Source of the DNA: Waddliaceae bacterium | GTDB lineage: Bacteria; Chlamydiota; Chlamydiia; Chlamydiales; Waddliaceae | Assembly (NCBI GenBank): GCA_963724325.1 | Contig: CAVRUH010000005.1 | Location: forward strand, 64,001-128,000 | Length of the DNA: 64,000 nucleotides | Direction: 5' to 3' | Shown here: positions 30,910-41,527 of the stretch, in pieces | Position numbering within the stretch: position 1 is the first letter of the stretch | Layout: each line of letters begins with the position of its first letter | The notes under the pieces: generated by a model | The model's database searches: none | What the model was told of the DNA's origin: nothing | Seen by the model: the letters and a program-made list of their open reading frames with translations, nothing else | Translations under genes and position numbers: made by a program

Positions 30910-31203
30910 AAAAAATCCCAAACGTCTAAACTCGTTTAGGTTAAAATAAAAATATTACATTGAATAAGTATATCTCATTGATTTTCTGCACGATGTGAAC
31001 CAAAGCATTGCTAGTTATTTTTTTGCAAAAGAAAAAAAATATGCTTTGGAATTTTTGAGTTTCAATGAGTTAACGAAAAAAGGTGATCAAAAAACTGACA
31101 AATAGCTTGCAGGCTAAGATCAGTCGTGTTAGATTCTCCGTTCGGAACAGCCCCAGAATATGCTGTGGAAACGTTGTTCATAACTTTTCAAGGGATCAAA
31201 ATT

Positions 31204-32562
31204 ATGACAGTTTGCGAAACTTGTGACACATGTGAAGCGTGGGATCAATTTATTGAGTGCGTAAAGACACGATGCTCCCCAACCGCGTTCGGCAATTGGT
31301 TTGCACCAATCAAAGTTGTTGAATGGTGCGATGATGCTATAACCTTGGAAATCCCAAATATTTTTGTTAAAGAATATTTGCTGACGAACTACAAGGAAGA
31401 ACTTTGTTCATTTTTACCTGTAGATGCGTTGGGAGCCCCGAGCATTAATTTTCTCGTTTCTAAAAGAGCCAAAATAGTTTCCCCTAATGAGGTTGTTCCA
31501 AATTCTACTAATAAAGTATTGGAAGAAGTAGCTCCTAAGTATGAAGTAAAGCTAAATGATAATTACAGATTTAACTCATTCATCGAAGGTCCTTCCAACC
31601 AATTTGTTAAATCAGCGGCCATGGGTGTGGCGGCCAGACCCGGCCAATCTTATAACCCATTATTCATCCACGGTGGAGTAGGCCTTGGAAAAACTCATAT
31701 GCTCCACAGCATTGGCCATTACATTCGCGAAAATTTCAAAAACCAAAGAGTCCAGTGCATCACAACAGAAGCATTTATCAATGACCTAGTCGATAGCCTC
31801 AAAAATAAGTCCGTTGACCAAATGAAGCGTTTTTATCGATCCAGCGTCGACGTACTTTTACTTGACGATATTCAATTCTTACAAAATAGACTGAACTTTG
31901 AAGAAGAATTCTGCAGCACGATTGAAACCCTCATTAACCAAAAGAAACAAATCGTTATAACAAGCGACAAACCTCCATCTCAATTGAAATTGTCCGAGCG
32001 AATGATTGCCCGTATGGAATGGGGACTCGTAGCACAGGTGGGAATACCTGAACTAGAAACCCGCGTAGCCATCATTCAAAGTAAAGCTCAACAAAAAGGG
32101 CTCGATTTATCAAGCGATGTAGCCTTTTTTATTGCCGAACACATCTATAATAACGTCCGTCAGCTAGAAGGAGCGATCAATAAATTGAGCGCCCACTGTC
32201 GACTCCTTAACATGAAGATTACCGAAGAGCTTGTTTCGAAAACTCTACGGGAAATGATGCAAAGCGCCCCTTCCAAAAAGATTTCTGTAGAACAAATTTT
32301 GAATGCCGTTGCTTCAGTATTCCAAGTCAGAGTCACCGACCTAAAAGGGTCAACAAGAACTAAAGAGATAGCATTACCCCGTCAAGTAGCTATGTACTTG
32401 GCCTGCAGATTGATCTCGGGTACCTTGCAAATGCTAAGCGATTCATTCGGTAAAACACACTCGACGATTCTACATGCCTGCAAAACCATCGAGAAAAAGG
32501 TCGCCCTAGACGAGACCCTCCGTCGTCAAATCGGCATGGTCGAAAGAAATATCAATTCCTAG
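31204..32562 (+). CDS. dnaA: Chromosomal replication initiator DnaA (chlamydial CT275-like paralogue)
   Basis: [41 protein letters not shown]-terminus [18 protein letters not shown]. Confidence 0.97.
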   Translation: MTVCETCDTCEAWDQFIECVKTRCSPTAFGNWFAPIKVVEWCDDAITLEIPNIFVKEYLLTNYKEELCSFLPVDALGAPSINFLVSKRAKIVSPNEVVPNSTNKVLEEVAPKYEVKLNDNYRFNSFIEGPSNQFVKSAAMGVAARPGQSYNPLFIHGGVGLGKTHMLHSIGHYIRENFKNQRVQCITTEAFINDLVDSLKNKSVDQMKRFYRSSVDVLLLDDIQFLQNRLNFEEEFCSTIETLINQKKQIVITSDKPPSQLKLSERMIARMEWGLVAQVGIPELETRVAIIQSKAQQKGLDLSSDVAFFIAEHIYNNVRQLEGAINKLSAHCRLLNMKITEELVSKTLREMMQSAPSKKISVEQILNAVASVFQVRVTDLKGSTRTKEIALPRQVAMYLACRLISGTLQMLSDSFGKTHSTILHACKTIEKKVALDETLRRQIGMVERNINS

Positions 32563-32576
32563 TCAAAAGAATTCCT

Positions 32577-32630
32577 AAAAGGGCAAAAAAGACATAAATT
32601 ATGTTCTTTTTTGCCCTTTTTGCCCCTTTT
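32577..32630 (+). terminator. Terminator-like hairpin after dnaA
   Basis: AAAAGGGCAAAAAAGACATAA / TTATGTTCTTTTTTGCCCTTTT inverted repeat followed by T tracts. Confidence 0.6.
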
Positions 32631-32656
32631 TTAAAGATTCCGTTTAAAAATATTAC

Positions 32657-32685
32657 TTGTTGTATAATTTATTTAATTTTATAAT
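32657..32685 (+). promoter_or_regulatory. sigma66-type promoter of the chaperone-kinase unit
   Basis: TTGTTG-17nt-TATAAT. Confidence 0.55.
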
Positions 32686-32744
32686 AGAGGTATGGTGAGT
32701 TAGGTTTTTAATTAAGTAAAAATGATAAGATTTTGGGGCTTGTT

Positions 32745-33443
32745 ATGAATAGAAATGATGATTTGGATATAATTGCAAGACAAAGACTACGCTCCAACGT
32801 GAGCATGGTCTCTCAAGAATTAAAATCGGATAAATCCCGTGAGGAACAGTTGTCCTCCGAAAAGCGCATTCTGTTGAATCGTGATTTGAAAAATTTTAAA
32901 AATGGATATGAAACAATAATAAAATTCTTGAATGAAGATCCCAAATTTTTCCAAAATTACGAACTTCAGGAAATGAATATTGCATTGGGATTGGAAGATT
33001 GTATTATCGATAACTCCCATCTAAAAATCCTAAATGACTTAGAAGCTTTCTCCAAAGTTATTTCTGGAACTTCAACAATCCAACAATTATGGAATATATC
33101 ATCAGATGTTCTTGTTGTGTATTACGTAATCGGTGATAGCCTGTTTCAAGAAAAGAAATTTTTAGATGCCGAAAATGTCTTTACATTTTTGACTCAAGTT
33201 AATCCTTATATTTATTCCTTCTGGATATGCAAGGGAAGATCTAATGAATCTCAAGAAAAGTGGGAAGATGCTCTTATCAGTTTTCAAATGGCACAGTCAA
33301 TAAACCCCGAACATCCCCTATCACATGAAGGACTCATTCGAGTATATGAAAATATCGGCAAGACTGAAGAGTTAGATAATTGCATTAATTTAGTTTTAAA
33401 AACTCCGGAAATAAGAGAAAAAATTATGCCGGAAAATGAGTAG
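32745..33443 (+). CDS. TPR protein, SycD/LcrH-like type III secretion chaperone
   Basis: YYVIGDSLFQEKKFLDAENVFTFLTQVNPYIYSFWICKG...EDALISF. Confidence 0.75.
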   Translation: MNRNDDLDIIARQRLRSNVSMVSQELKSDKSREEQLSSEKRILLNRDLKNFKNGYETIIKFLNEDPKFFQNYELQEMNIALGLEDCIIDNSHLKILNDLEAFSKVISGTSTIQQLWNISSDVLVVYYVIGDSLFQEKKFLDAENVFTFLTQVNPYIYSFWICKGRSNESQEKWEDALISFQMAQSINPEHPLSHEGLIRVYENIGKTEELDNCINLVLKTPEIREKIMPENE

Positions 33444-33452
33444 GTCATTTAA

Positions 33453-35015
33453 ATGAATGTTAATAATTGGCAACGTGCAGCCCCTCAAATTGGTGTCACT
33501 CAGCCCGCTGTAACAGGCGAAGTTACTGAGATTAAAAAGACTCAGGTGTTGTTAGCCGCCCGCAGAGGAGCCAATAATGATAAGCCTGGTCCGCCAGCCA
33601 AAGAAGTAAAAAAAGAAATAGACGGCAATAACAATGCGAAGCGTCCTCAAGCAAAGGCAACTGGTGAGCCGGAAAAGGCAGTGTCATCTAGACCTCCTCA
33701 AGCAGTACATGGGAAGGCGTTGCCAGTGCCAGTCAGACCGCAACAAGCGATGCTTGGGAAGGCCTTGCCAGGGATGCCAACAAAAGCCGATAAACCTGCA
33801 CCTGGAAAGCGTTCGGAGCCGGAAGTTATTAAGGGAATGATCACCCAATTTGAGAGATTAAAAGGAAAATCTCTGAGTCAGGATGAAAAAGCACGCATTA
33901 CAGCTATGGTACAGGGAATGGTAAAAGTTTCCAAAAAATTAGATCCTTCCAACAAAAAATTCATTGAAACGAAGATGAATATCGGGGGTACCGAGTATAA
34001 AACTATGATAAATAGCAAATTGAAAGTTAAGGTGTATCTACCAGATGAAAAAGTTGGGATACTTGGAAAAGGAGGCTTTGGAATTGTTAAGGAAGTGGGA
34101 ATGATAATTAAAGGTACTGCAGCCCCAGTAGGAATCGCAGAAAAGACTGCTGTGGGGGCAGCAGTGGGCGATCTAAATACAGAGAATCGTTTGTTAACAA
34201 AGATTAATGATCTTGCTAAGAAAGAGGGAATATCCTTGGCGATACAAAAAAAACCTCACATATTCACTAATTTTAAAAATGGCGAGAGCAGCTATGAAAC
34301 CACAAAGCACCATGGGGATCTGTCTCCTAAAAGACTGGTTTCAATGTCTCAGGATGAAAAAGGAAGTTATGGGCTTGATAATACTAAAGGCCTTGCTAAA
34401 ATCGGTGAAGATCTAATGACAGCCATAGCATTCGCGCACAAGAATGGTGTGGCTCATAGGGACATTAAAATGGATAACCTTGCTTTTGGACAAATTAAAT
34501 CAGGAAAAGGAAGGATAGAGGTTCATGACCTCGGATTAGCAGCAGACAGGATCAATCTAAAGGAGGCAGGCATTGGTGGAACTCCAACCCATATGACACA
34601 CTTAGATGATGCACGTCAAAGGGCGGAAAGAAATCCTGCAAATCGCTTAGAATTACAAAAAAAACAAGATTCGTTTGGAATGTGCCATACTCTTCTTACA
34701 CTTTTAGACACCGCCATAACCAAGAAAGTACCATATACAATGAATGATGGTAATATAACTCCAGAGAAAGGTTGGGTAGGAGATTTCCTTAAACTCACTC
34801 GAGCTTGGGGTGATGCTGATTCAGGAAAAAACCCTGCTGAACAACCTAGCATGAAGGACTTATTAAAAAATATTGAAAAAACGATGGGAAAAGGATTCAC
34901 TGATGTTTTAAAAGGAATGATGCATCCAGATCCAAATAAGAGGATGCCAGTCGATGAAGCCCTGGCTGCATGGCAAAAAGCTAGCGACGCGATAAAAACC
35001 GGTGTAAAATTATAA
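33453..35015 (+). CDS. Eukaryote-like Ser/Thr protein kinase, paralogue 1
   Basis: LGKGGFGIV, AEK, HRDIKMDN, DLGLA, GTP, PDPNKRM; low-complexity N-terminus. Confidence 0.88.
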   Translation: MNVNNWQRAAPQIGVTQPAVTGEVTEIKKTQVLLAARRGANNDKPGPPAKEVKKEIDGNNNAKRPQAKATGEPEKAVSSRPPQAVHGKALPVPVRPQQAMLGKALPGMPTKADKPAPGKRSEPEVIKGMITQFERLKGKSLSQDEKARITAMVQGMVKVSKKLDPSNKKFIETKMNIGGTEYKTMINSKLKVKVYLPDEKVGILGKGGFGIVKEVGMIIKGTAAPVGIAEKTAVGAAVGDLNTENRLLTKINDLAKKEGISLAIQKKPHIFTNFKNGESSYETTKHHGDLSPKRLVSMSQDEKGSYGLDNTKGLAKIGEDLMTAIAFAHKNGVAHRDIKMDNLAFGQIKSGKGRIEVHDLGLAADRINLKEAGIGGTPTHMTHLDDARQRAERNPANRLELQKKQDSFGMCHTLLTLLDTAITKKVPYTMNDGNITPEKGWVGDFLKLTRAWGDADSGKNPAEQPSMKDLLKNIEKTMGKGFTDVLKGMMHPDPNKRMPVDEALAAWQKASDAIKTGVKL

Positions 35016-35100
35016 TATTTCCCTATTGAAATAATTCTTATTAGTCCTTTTTTGTCAAGACTCAATTAATATAATAAAATTTTCAATTAAATAAATAAAC

Positions 35101-35129
35101 TTGTTGTAAAAATTATTTTATTTTATAAT
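35101..35129 (+). promoter_or_regulatory. sigma66-type promoter of kinase paralogue 2
   Basis: TTGTTG-17nt-TATAAT, same as 32657-32685. Confidence 0.55.
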
Positions 35130-35187
35130 TAGTATATAGGCTGAGGTGTTTTATATAATTAAATTGGTTATTTAAAGGAGCAATCCA

Positions 35188-36801
35188 ATGAACGTGGATC
35201 GTCCAATCCATCAAGCAGTCCCTCAAACTGGAGCAGCACCTGTTAAACCAGGTGAGATTAATGAGGCTGAAAAGGCTTGGCTGAAGAATTTCGCTAAAAA
35301 AGAAGGTGGTAATAATAGGCCGGGTCCCCCAGCTCGTGAAGTAAAAAAAGAAGTAATTTCACAAAACAATGCAGGAGCGAATAAAGTAGGAGCAACTCCC
35401 GCTAAAACAGGAAAGGTTGAAGAATTTCGCCAGGCTTTGCTGAAGAAACCACTTTTTAAAGCTGGCTTTGATAAAACCCCTGGTCCTTCATCCAGTGCAG
35501 TAAAAAAAGAAGGAGTAGATCAAAATAATGCGAAGGTGTCACCTAGATCATCACAAGCTGTAAGTGGGAAACCCTTGCCAGTGCCTCGTAAGCTTTCGGA
35601 GAAGGAAGTTATTACGGGATTGAACAATCAGTTCGAAAAATTAAAGGGAAAATCACTGAGTCGGGATGAAAAGACACGCATTGAAGTTATGGTAAAGACA
35701 ATGGTGAAAATTGCTAAACCTTCTGACAAAGCTTTCCGGGCCATAAAGATGAATATTGGGGGTACCGAGTATAAAACTATGATAAATAGCAAATTGAAAG
35801 TTAGGGTGTATTTACCTGATGCAAAAGTTAAAACACTTGGACAGGGCGCCATGGGAATTGTTAAGGAAGTGGGAGTGTTGCTTAAGGGTACCGCTTCAAT
35901 AGCAATTGCAAAAAAAACTACTCTTGATTCACAGGCAAAAAGTAGTCTTAGAACTGAGAATCGCATATTAACAGAACTTCATGATCTTGCAAAGAAAGAG
36001 GGAGTTTCATTGGCGGTGCAAAAGAAACCTCACGTTTATACCGACATTAAAAATGCTGAGAGCAGCTACGAAACCACCAAGCACCGTGGGGATCTGGATC
36101 CTAAAAACATGCTTTCATTGTCTGATGATGAAAAAAGAAAATATGGGCTTGATAATACTAAAAGCCTTGCTAATATCGGTGTAAATCTGTTGAAAACTAT
36201 AGCTTTCGGACATAAACATGGTATAACTCACAGGGACCTCAAAGTGGAAAACCTTGCTTTTGGACAGGATAAGCTCGGAAATGGAATGATAGGGGTCTAT
36301 GACTGGGGATTAGCTTCAGACAGGAAAAATCAAAGTGGGGCAGGCATTGCCGGAACACCAAACCATTTTACAGATTTAGATAGGGAACTTCAACTTGACC
36401 AAATCAAAGCTGAGTTGCCAGATGAAATACTTCTCGAGAAGTTGCGACAAAAACAAGATTCATTTGGAATGTGTCATACCCTTCTTATACTTTTAGACAC
36501 AGCTATAACCAAGGAAGCACCTTATTTACTCAATGAAGAAGGCAACGTAACTCATGAAAAAACTTGGGAAACAGTTTTCCAAGATTATACTTTAGGCGGC
36601 GATCGAACAGGTAACCCAGCCGATGCGCCCGATGTAGAGGAATTATTAGCAGATATTGAGAAAGCAATGGGAAAAGGATTCACTGAGGTTTTAACAAAAA
36701 TGATGGATCCTGATCCTATAGCTAGGATGCCAGTCGATCAAGCCCTCGCACTATGGCAACAAGCTACTGACGCAATAAAAACCGGTGTAAATTTATTATA
36801 A
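35188..36801 (+). CDS. Eukaryote-like Ser/Thr protein kinase, paralogue 2
   Basis: LGQGAMGIV, AKK, HRDLKVEN, DWGLA, GTP; long identical stretches with paralogue 1. Confidence 0.88.
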   Translation: MNVDRPIHQAVPQTGAAPVKPGEINEAEKAWLKNFAKKEGGNNRPGPPAREVKKEVISQNNAGANKVGATPAKTGKVEEFRQALLKKPLFKAGFDKTPGPSSSAVKKEGVDQNNAKVSPRSSQAVSGKPLPVPRKLSEKEVITGLNNQFEKLKGKSLSRDEKTRIEVMVKTMVKIAKPSDKAFRAIKMNIGGTEYKTMINSKLKVRVYLPDAKVKTLGQGAMGIVKEVGVLLKGTASIAIAKKTTLDSQAKSSLRTENRILTELHDLAKKEGVSLAVQKKPHVYTDIKNAESSYETTKHRGDLDPKNMLSLSDDEKRKYGLDNTKSLANIGVNLLKTIAFGHKHGITHRDLKVENLAFGQDKLGNGMIGVYDWGLASDRKNQSGAGIAGTPNHFTDLDRELQLDQIKAELPDEILLEKLRQKQDSFGMCHTLLILLDTAITKEAPYLLNEEGNVTHEKTWETVFQDYTLGGDRTGNPADAPDVEELLADIEKAMGKGFTEVLTKMMDPDPIARMPVDQALALWQQATDAIKTGVNLL

Positions 36802-36803
36802 TC

Positions 36804-38015
36804 CTAACCCAATTGTGTCTTTGTTGAAGAGGGCGGCATCGTTTGCATGACACTTTCGAGGGCGGAAAACTCTTCAATAACATTCTTGACATTTTGAATA
36901 ATCACCTGTGCATCCCGATGTGATGAAACTGGCTCAGCGGCAAAAAGGGCTTTTAATTGAATAAAAGGCAATAATAACATTTTAATGTTTGTCGTTTTGT
37001 CTTGTCTGAAAGTTTCCTTAGCGATTTCATGCATGTAATGGATAATACTGAGAAAAACATCTCTGATTTCAAGATATTGCAGATTTTTGTCCTGTACAAT
37101 CACTTTTCCTACTTCTAGCAAAGTCAGCGTGGTCCTGTCTGCCACTTCTTGCATTTTGTGTTCTTGAGCTAACTGAACGAATTTTCCCATGTAGTGCACT
37201 GGAAAGGCAACAAGCGAGATGTCAAATTGTGAAGAATATATCGCAATTTTTCCAAGCAATGCCATTAAATCGCTGCATAAGGGTTCCAGGCGTCCTTCTA
37301 GAGCCTTTTCATTAATCATTTCCAGCTTTTGAAACATGAAAAAAAGTGTGTAGCTAATAGGATCCGCTCCACCCACTTCTTTGGATTCCCCCTCATCTCT
37401 ATGAGCAATGCTTTTTTCAGATTCTAAAAATACCTTTATTATTTCACCCAGGCTATTCATTCCTTCTACAGCCAATGTAGTACTATTGCGTTCAATAGCT
37501 TTGATGGTGATCTCTGAAATGGCGTCGATCCATTTGCACAGTTCAAGTTCGTGAAAATTGGGAACGCTTGTTTTTGCATGTTGCGTGTACATGTCGAGAA
37601 CATGAAAAGGATCCAAAAACTGCATGATGCGGTGCATCGAATGGACTTTCATATCTATGGTAATCCCTAGAGCTAATGTCCAGATCATGATCAACGCATT
37701 GGGTTCGATTTTTTTCAAAAAGAGGATGTCTAAAGCGAAGAAATAGGAAAGAAAGAGAAATGCGGCCATGAGCAAATGCGTTAATTTAAAATTTTTATCG
37801 TTGCTGAAGGTTTCCATGATGCGCGGCGTCATATTTTTTTCAGCTTTTTGCAGAGGAATCCAAGCGAAAGCAATGATTAATATTTCTGAGATTAAGAGGG
37901 GGATCGGTACGATAATTAGTGCCAGTGCTATCCAGTTAAATCCCTGAATTCCTTCTAGAGAGAAAGGAAAAAAGTAAAGAAAAAGAACAATTACAAGCGA
38001 AAACAGCGTTGCCAT
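36804..38015 (-). CDS. Hypothetical membrane protein
   Basis: About four N-terminal TM segments then a helical domain; AAGGAG RBS. Confidence 0.75.
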   Translation of the reverse strand: MATLFSLVIVLFLYFFPFSLEGIQGFNWIALALIIVPIPLLISEILIIAFAWIPLQKAEKNMTPRIMETFSNDKNFKLTHLLMAAFLFLSYFFALDILFLKKIEPNALIMIWTLALGITIDMKVHSMHRIMQFLDPFHVLDMYTQHAKTSVPNFHELELCKWIDAISEITIKAIERNSTTLAVEGMNSLGEIIKVFLESEKSIAHRDEGESKEVGGADPISYTLFFMFQKLEMINEKALEGRLEPLCSDLMALLGKIAIYSSQFDISLVAFPVHYMGKFVQLAQEHKMQEVADRTTLTLLEVGKVIVQDKNLQYLEIRDVFLSIIHYMHEIAKETFRQDKTTNIKMLLLPFIQLKALFAAEPVSSHRDAQVIIQNVKNVIEEFSALESVMQTMPPSSTKTQLG

Positions 38016-38360
38016 ATTAGTACTCCTTATTAATGCCACTTATATTTTAAATCCCCATTTTGTGGCAACAAATGATTTTTTTAGGCAATCATTAGAGATA
38101 GCCATTCAGACAAAGAAAAAGGAAGCATCGAAGTAAAACAAAGTTTTGCGGAAATCGAAGGAGAAGATTTTTTTAGAATAGAAGATTTAAAGCAAGAAGT
38201 CATCAATGAAATCATGTGGTAGAGTATTTTGCCTTTTTCTAGAAGTTTAATTAGAAACTGTTGAGAAACATTTAATAGGTTCCCTGCTAATACAATTGTA
38301 TTTCTCTCTTGCGGGGAATGGGGAAAATTGAGAAAATGTATGAATAACGAGAGTTTTGAG

Positions 38361-38951
38361 ATGAAAAATTTAATTTTAAAGTCTGTGACTGATTCTATCG
38401 ATGCAGTGGCGCAATTGCAACAGCCTGATGCCATTAATTTTATCGAACAGGCTGCAATTATGCTCTCGGAGACCTTCCAGAGGGGAAATAAAGTTATCAT
38501 AGCCGGCAATGGGGGAAGCCTATGCGATGCCGCACACTTTGCTGAAGAGCTGACTGGCTTCTTCCGTTCTCACAGAGCCGCCTTGCCCGCCATTGCACTG
38601 ACCGAACCTGGTCATATCACCTGCACCGCCAACGATTTAAACTTCGAATCTGTATTTTCCAGAGGAGTCGAAGCTTATGGCAAAGAAGGCGACCTTTTCG
38701 TCGGTTTAACAACAAGCGGGAATTCACCCAATATCGTGAAAGCCTTCGAAACAGCCAAAAATCTGAATCTCAATACCATCGCTTTTCTTGGGAAAACAGG
38801 TGGAAAACTCAAAGGTGTGGCCGATTTAGAACTGATTATCCAAGGATTCTCAACTTCTGATCGAATCCAAGAGGCCCACATGTCAGCGATTCATATCATC
38901 ATTGAAATGACCGAATCTCTTCTCTTTGCGGAAAAGGTTGCGGCATTTTAA
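38361..38951 (+). CDS. gmhA: D-sedoheptulose-7-phosphate isomerase
   Basis: GNGGS..DAAHFAEEL, TCTAND, TSGNSPN, RIQEAH. Confidence 0.93.
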   Translation: MKNLILKSVTDSIDAVAQLQQPDAINFIEQAAIMLSETFQRGNKVIIAGNGGSLCDAAHFAEELTGFFRSHRAALPAIALTEPGHITCTANDLNFESVFSRGVEAYGKEGDLFVGLTTSGNSPNIVKAFETAKNLNLNTIAFLGKTGGKLKGVADLELIIQGFSTSDRIQEAHMSAIHIIIEMTESLLFAEKVAAF

Positions 38952-38952
38952 A

Positions 38953-40059
38953 ATGAGCTGTGAACTGTATTTTCAAGAGATCATTAAGGGAAAAAAACAA
39001 GGTTTTATTCCGTTTCTGCTTAAAATTCCACTGTTTCTCTTGAGCTGCCTCTATTGCTTCGGAGTCTTTTGCCGCAACCGCGCATATGATCTCGGCTATG
39101 TTCGCCAATACACTCCACCGGTTCCTTGTGTCATTAGCATCGGAAATATTGCTGTCGGCGGTACTGGCAAAACGCCAGTGACGATTCTTTTAGCCAAGAA
39201 CTTTTCCAATGTATCAACCGTGGCCATTGCGTCTAGGGGGTATCGTTCTAAAGCGGAACGTCTTCCTGTGCCGGTACTGGTTAGCAAAGGAGAAGGGCCT
39301 ATTCTTCCCGCTTCGTACTGTGGGGACGAGCCGTTTCTATTGGCCGAGAACCTCCCTTTGGTACATGTTTTTTCAGGTAGAGATCGGTTGCAAGCCTCAG
39401 ATATGGCTGCACAGGCTGGAGCTCAAATATTAATTCTAGATGATGCTTTCCAACATAGGCAGCTGGCCAGAGATTTCGATATTGTCCTTTTGGACGCCGC
39501 CGAGCCTTTTGGAAAGGGACATTTTTTGCCATATGGCCTTTTAAGAGATAGTGCGAAGTCTTTATCACGCGCTCATTTGATTTTGTTAAATCACATTCAA
39601 GATACCTATCACTTTAATGAACTCAAAGAAGAAATAGCAAAATATTCAAAAGCTTCCGTTGTAGGAATCCGAATGGATGTCGAGAAGATTGTTGATGTTT
39701 CCGGGCAAAAGGTTGAAACGATTAGAGGTAGGAAAGTGGGGATATTTTGTGGAATTGCTCATCCCGAGAGGTTTCTTGCTACAGTGAAAGGTTTAGGCGC
39801 TGAGGTTGTGAAAGAAAAGTATTTTCCTGATCATTGTATGTTTGATCATGGTGTCCTTGCCCGATTTGCTGAGGATTGCCGTTTGGCAGGTGTCGACTTT
39901 TTGATTTGTTCCGAAAAAGATAAAGTAAAGCTTGATACCCATTTCAGTTTACCTGTATTTTGGGTCAAAATGGAAATGAATGTCGTTGAAGGGAACGAAA
40001 TTTGGAATTTATTTATTGAAAATGTGAAAAAGACACTTGACGCAAGAGTAATTAGATAG
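38953..40059 (+). CDS. lpxK: Tetraacyldisaccharide 4'-kinase
   Basis: ISIGNIAVGGTGKTP, SRGY, GDEP, LDDAFQH, SEKDKVKL. Confidence 0.95.
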   Translation: MSCELYFQEIIKGKKQGFIPFLLKIPLFLLSCLYCFGVFCRNRAYDLGYVRQYTPPVPCVISIGNIAVGGTGKTPVTILLAKNFSNVSTVAIASRGYRSKAERLPVPVLVSKGEGPILPASYCGDEPFLLAENLPLVHVFSGRDRLQASDMAAQAGAQILILDDAFQHRQLARDFDIVLLDAAEPFGKGHFLPYGLLRDSAKSLSRAHLILLNHIQDTYHFNELKEEIAKYSKASVVGIRMDVEKIVDVSGQKVETIRGRKVGIFCGIAHPERFLATVKGLGAEVVKEKYFPDHCMFDHGVLARFAEDCRLAGVDFLICSEKDKVKLDTHFSLPVFWVKMEMNVVEGNEIWNLFIENVKKTLDARVIR

Positions 40060-40094
40060 TAAGTATTAATTTTTAAGTAAGAATGGGAGAGAGC

Positions 40095-41345
40095 ATGAAG
40101 CTTTGGATGAAAATTTTGGTAGCCCTTTTATTCGGTATCATTGTAGGTGGGCTGATACATAATTATGTAGGATCGGAAGTACCTCTGTTGATGGTTTTTA
40201 AGACCATTGGGGATATCTTTCTTAGAATGATTAATATGATCATTATAATCCTTGTACTTTCTTCGATGACACTTGGCATCACAAGCATTCATGACCCTCA
40301 GAAACTGGGAAGAGTTGGAGGAAAAACTTTACTCCTCTATTTTTCCACGACAATCGTAGCGATATTGATAGGTATAGGATTTGGGAAATTATTTCAACCT
40401 GGCGGAGGAATGAACTTTATTGCTTCCACGGATAAAGAAGTTATTAATGCACCATCTGTCTGGGATATGGTTTTATCGATAATTCCAAACAACCCTGTGG
40501 CCTCCATGGCGGAAGGAAATGTTCTGCAAATTATCGTATTTTCCTTATTCTTAGGAATCGCTATCAATTTCGCTGGAGAAAAGGGCAAACCATTGCGCAA
40601 TGTACTGGCATCAATTGCAGATGTGATGTATAGGCTCACTTCTATTGTAATGGAATTTTCACCCATCGGGGTTTTCGCTATTATGACATATGTGATTGGA
40701 ACTTTTGGATTAGCTCCTTTGTGGAATTTATCACAGTTTCTTTTCACTTACTATTTAGCCTGCTTATTTCAAGTATTAGCCGTTTTTTGTTCTATGCTCT
40801 GGTTTATGGGAAGGCTGCATCCATGGCCATTTTTCCGTGGAATGAGCGATGCGATGATGATGGCATTTTCCACTTCAAGCAGCTCTGCAACACTTCCTGT
40901 GTCTATGCATTGTGTTAAGGAAAATCTCGGTGTCACAAAAAATATTACGAATTTTGTTTTGCCTCTTGGATCCACTGTGAACATGAATGGAGCAGCAATT
41001 TTCCAGGGAATGGCAGCGATATTCATTGCCCAGGTATATAATATAGAATTAGGGTGGTACAGTTTGGCTACATTGGTTTTCACCGCAGCACTTTCCGCTA
41101 TAGGCGCTGCAGGGATTCCTGGATCAGGTTTTATCATGCTGACAGTTACCTTGGCTTCGGTCGGCCTTCCAATTGAGGGATTGGCTTTACTTGCCGGTAT
41201 AGATCGTGTGCGTGAAATGGGTTCTACAGTATTGAATATCCTAGGCGACGCAGTTTGCGCCGTGGTCATCGCCAAGCAGGAAGGCGAACTCGATGAACGA
41301 CAATACTATCACGAAAAGCTCGTCGAACTCGAAGGATACGAGTAA
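40095..41345 (+). CDS. Dicarboxylate/amino acid:cation symporter (GltT/GltP family)
   Basis: AFSTSSSSATLP, PLGSTVNMNG, SAIGAAGIPG, GIDR. Confidence 0.93.
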   Translation: MKLWMKILVALLFGIIVGGLIHNYVGSEVPLLMVFKTIGDIFLRMINMIIIILVLSSMTLGITSIHDPQKLGRVGGKTLLLYFSTTIVAILIGIGFGKLFQPGGGMNFIASTDKEVINAPSVWDMVLSIIPNNPVASMAEGNVLQIIVFSLFLGIAINFAGEKGKPLRNVLASIADVMYRLTSIVMEFSPIGVFAIMTYVIGTFGLAPLWNLSQFLFTYYLACLFQVLAVFCSMLWFMGRLHPWPFFRGMSDAMMMAFSTSSSSATLPVSMHCVKENLGVTKNITNFVLPLGSTVNMNGAAIFQGMAAIFIAQVYNIELGWYSLATLVFTAALSAIGAAGIPGSGFIMLTVTLASVGLPIEGLALLAGIDRVREMGSTVLNILGDAVCAVVIAKQEGELDERQYYHEKLVELEGYE

Positions 41346-41381
41346 CGACCCTAGAAAACACTCTCATACTATTTTACAGGA

Positions 41382-41497
41382 CCTTTTCTCCTATCCTGCA
41401 TATCCTGTCGCGTGCGATCATGCATATCCTGTTATACCTTTAAAGAACAGGATATGCATGATCGCACGCGGCAGGATATGCAGGATAGGAGAAAAGG
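41382..41497. repeat. Single long palindrome (~52-bp arms) of the REP-like family
   Basis: CCTTTTCTCCTATCCTGCATATCCTG...CCTGTT / AACAGG...CAGGATAGGAGAAAAGG with a 12-nt loop, between convergent genes. Confidence 0.92.
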
Positions 41498-41527
41498 ATT
41501 AGAAAAAGTTTGATGAAAGGTATCATA

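Noticed and set aside
30910..31203. oriC next to dnaA
   Set aside because: No cluster of TTATCCACA-like DnaA boxes is visible, and chlamydial oriC is not generally adjacent to dnaA
38081..38509. 142-aa minus-strand ORF
   Set aside because: Overlaps gmhA antisense and the divergent promoter region; no recognisable features
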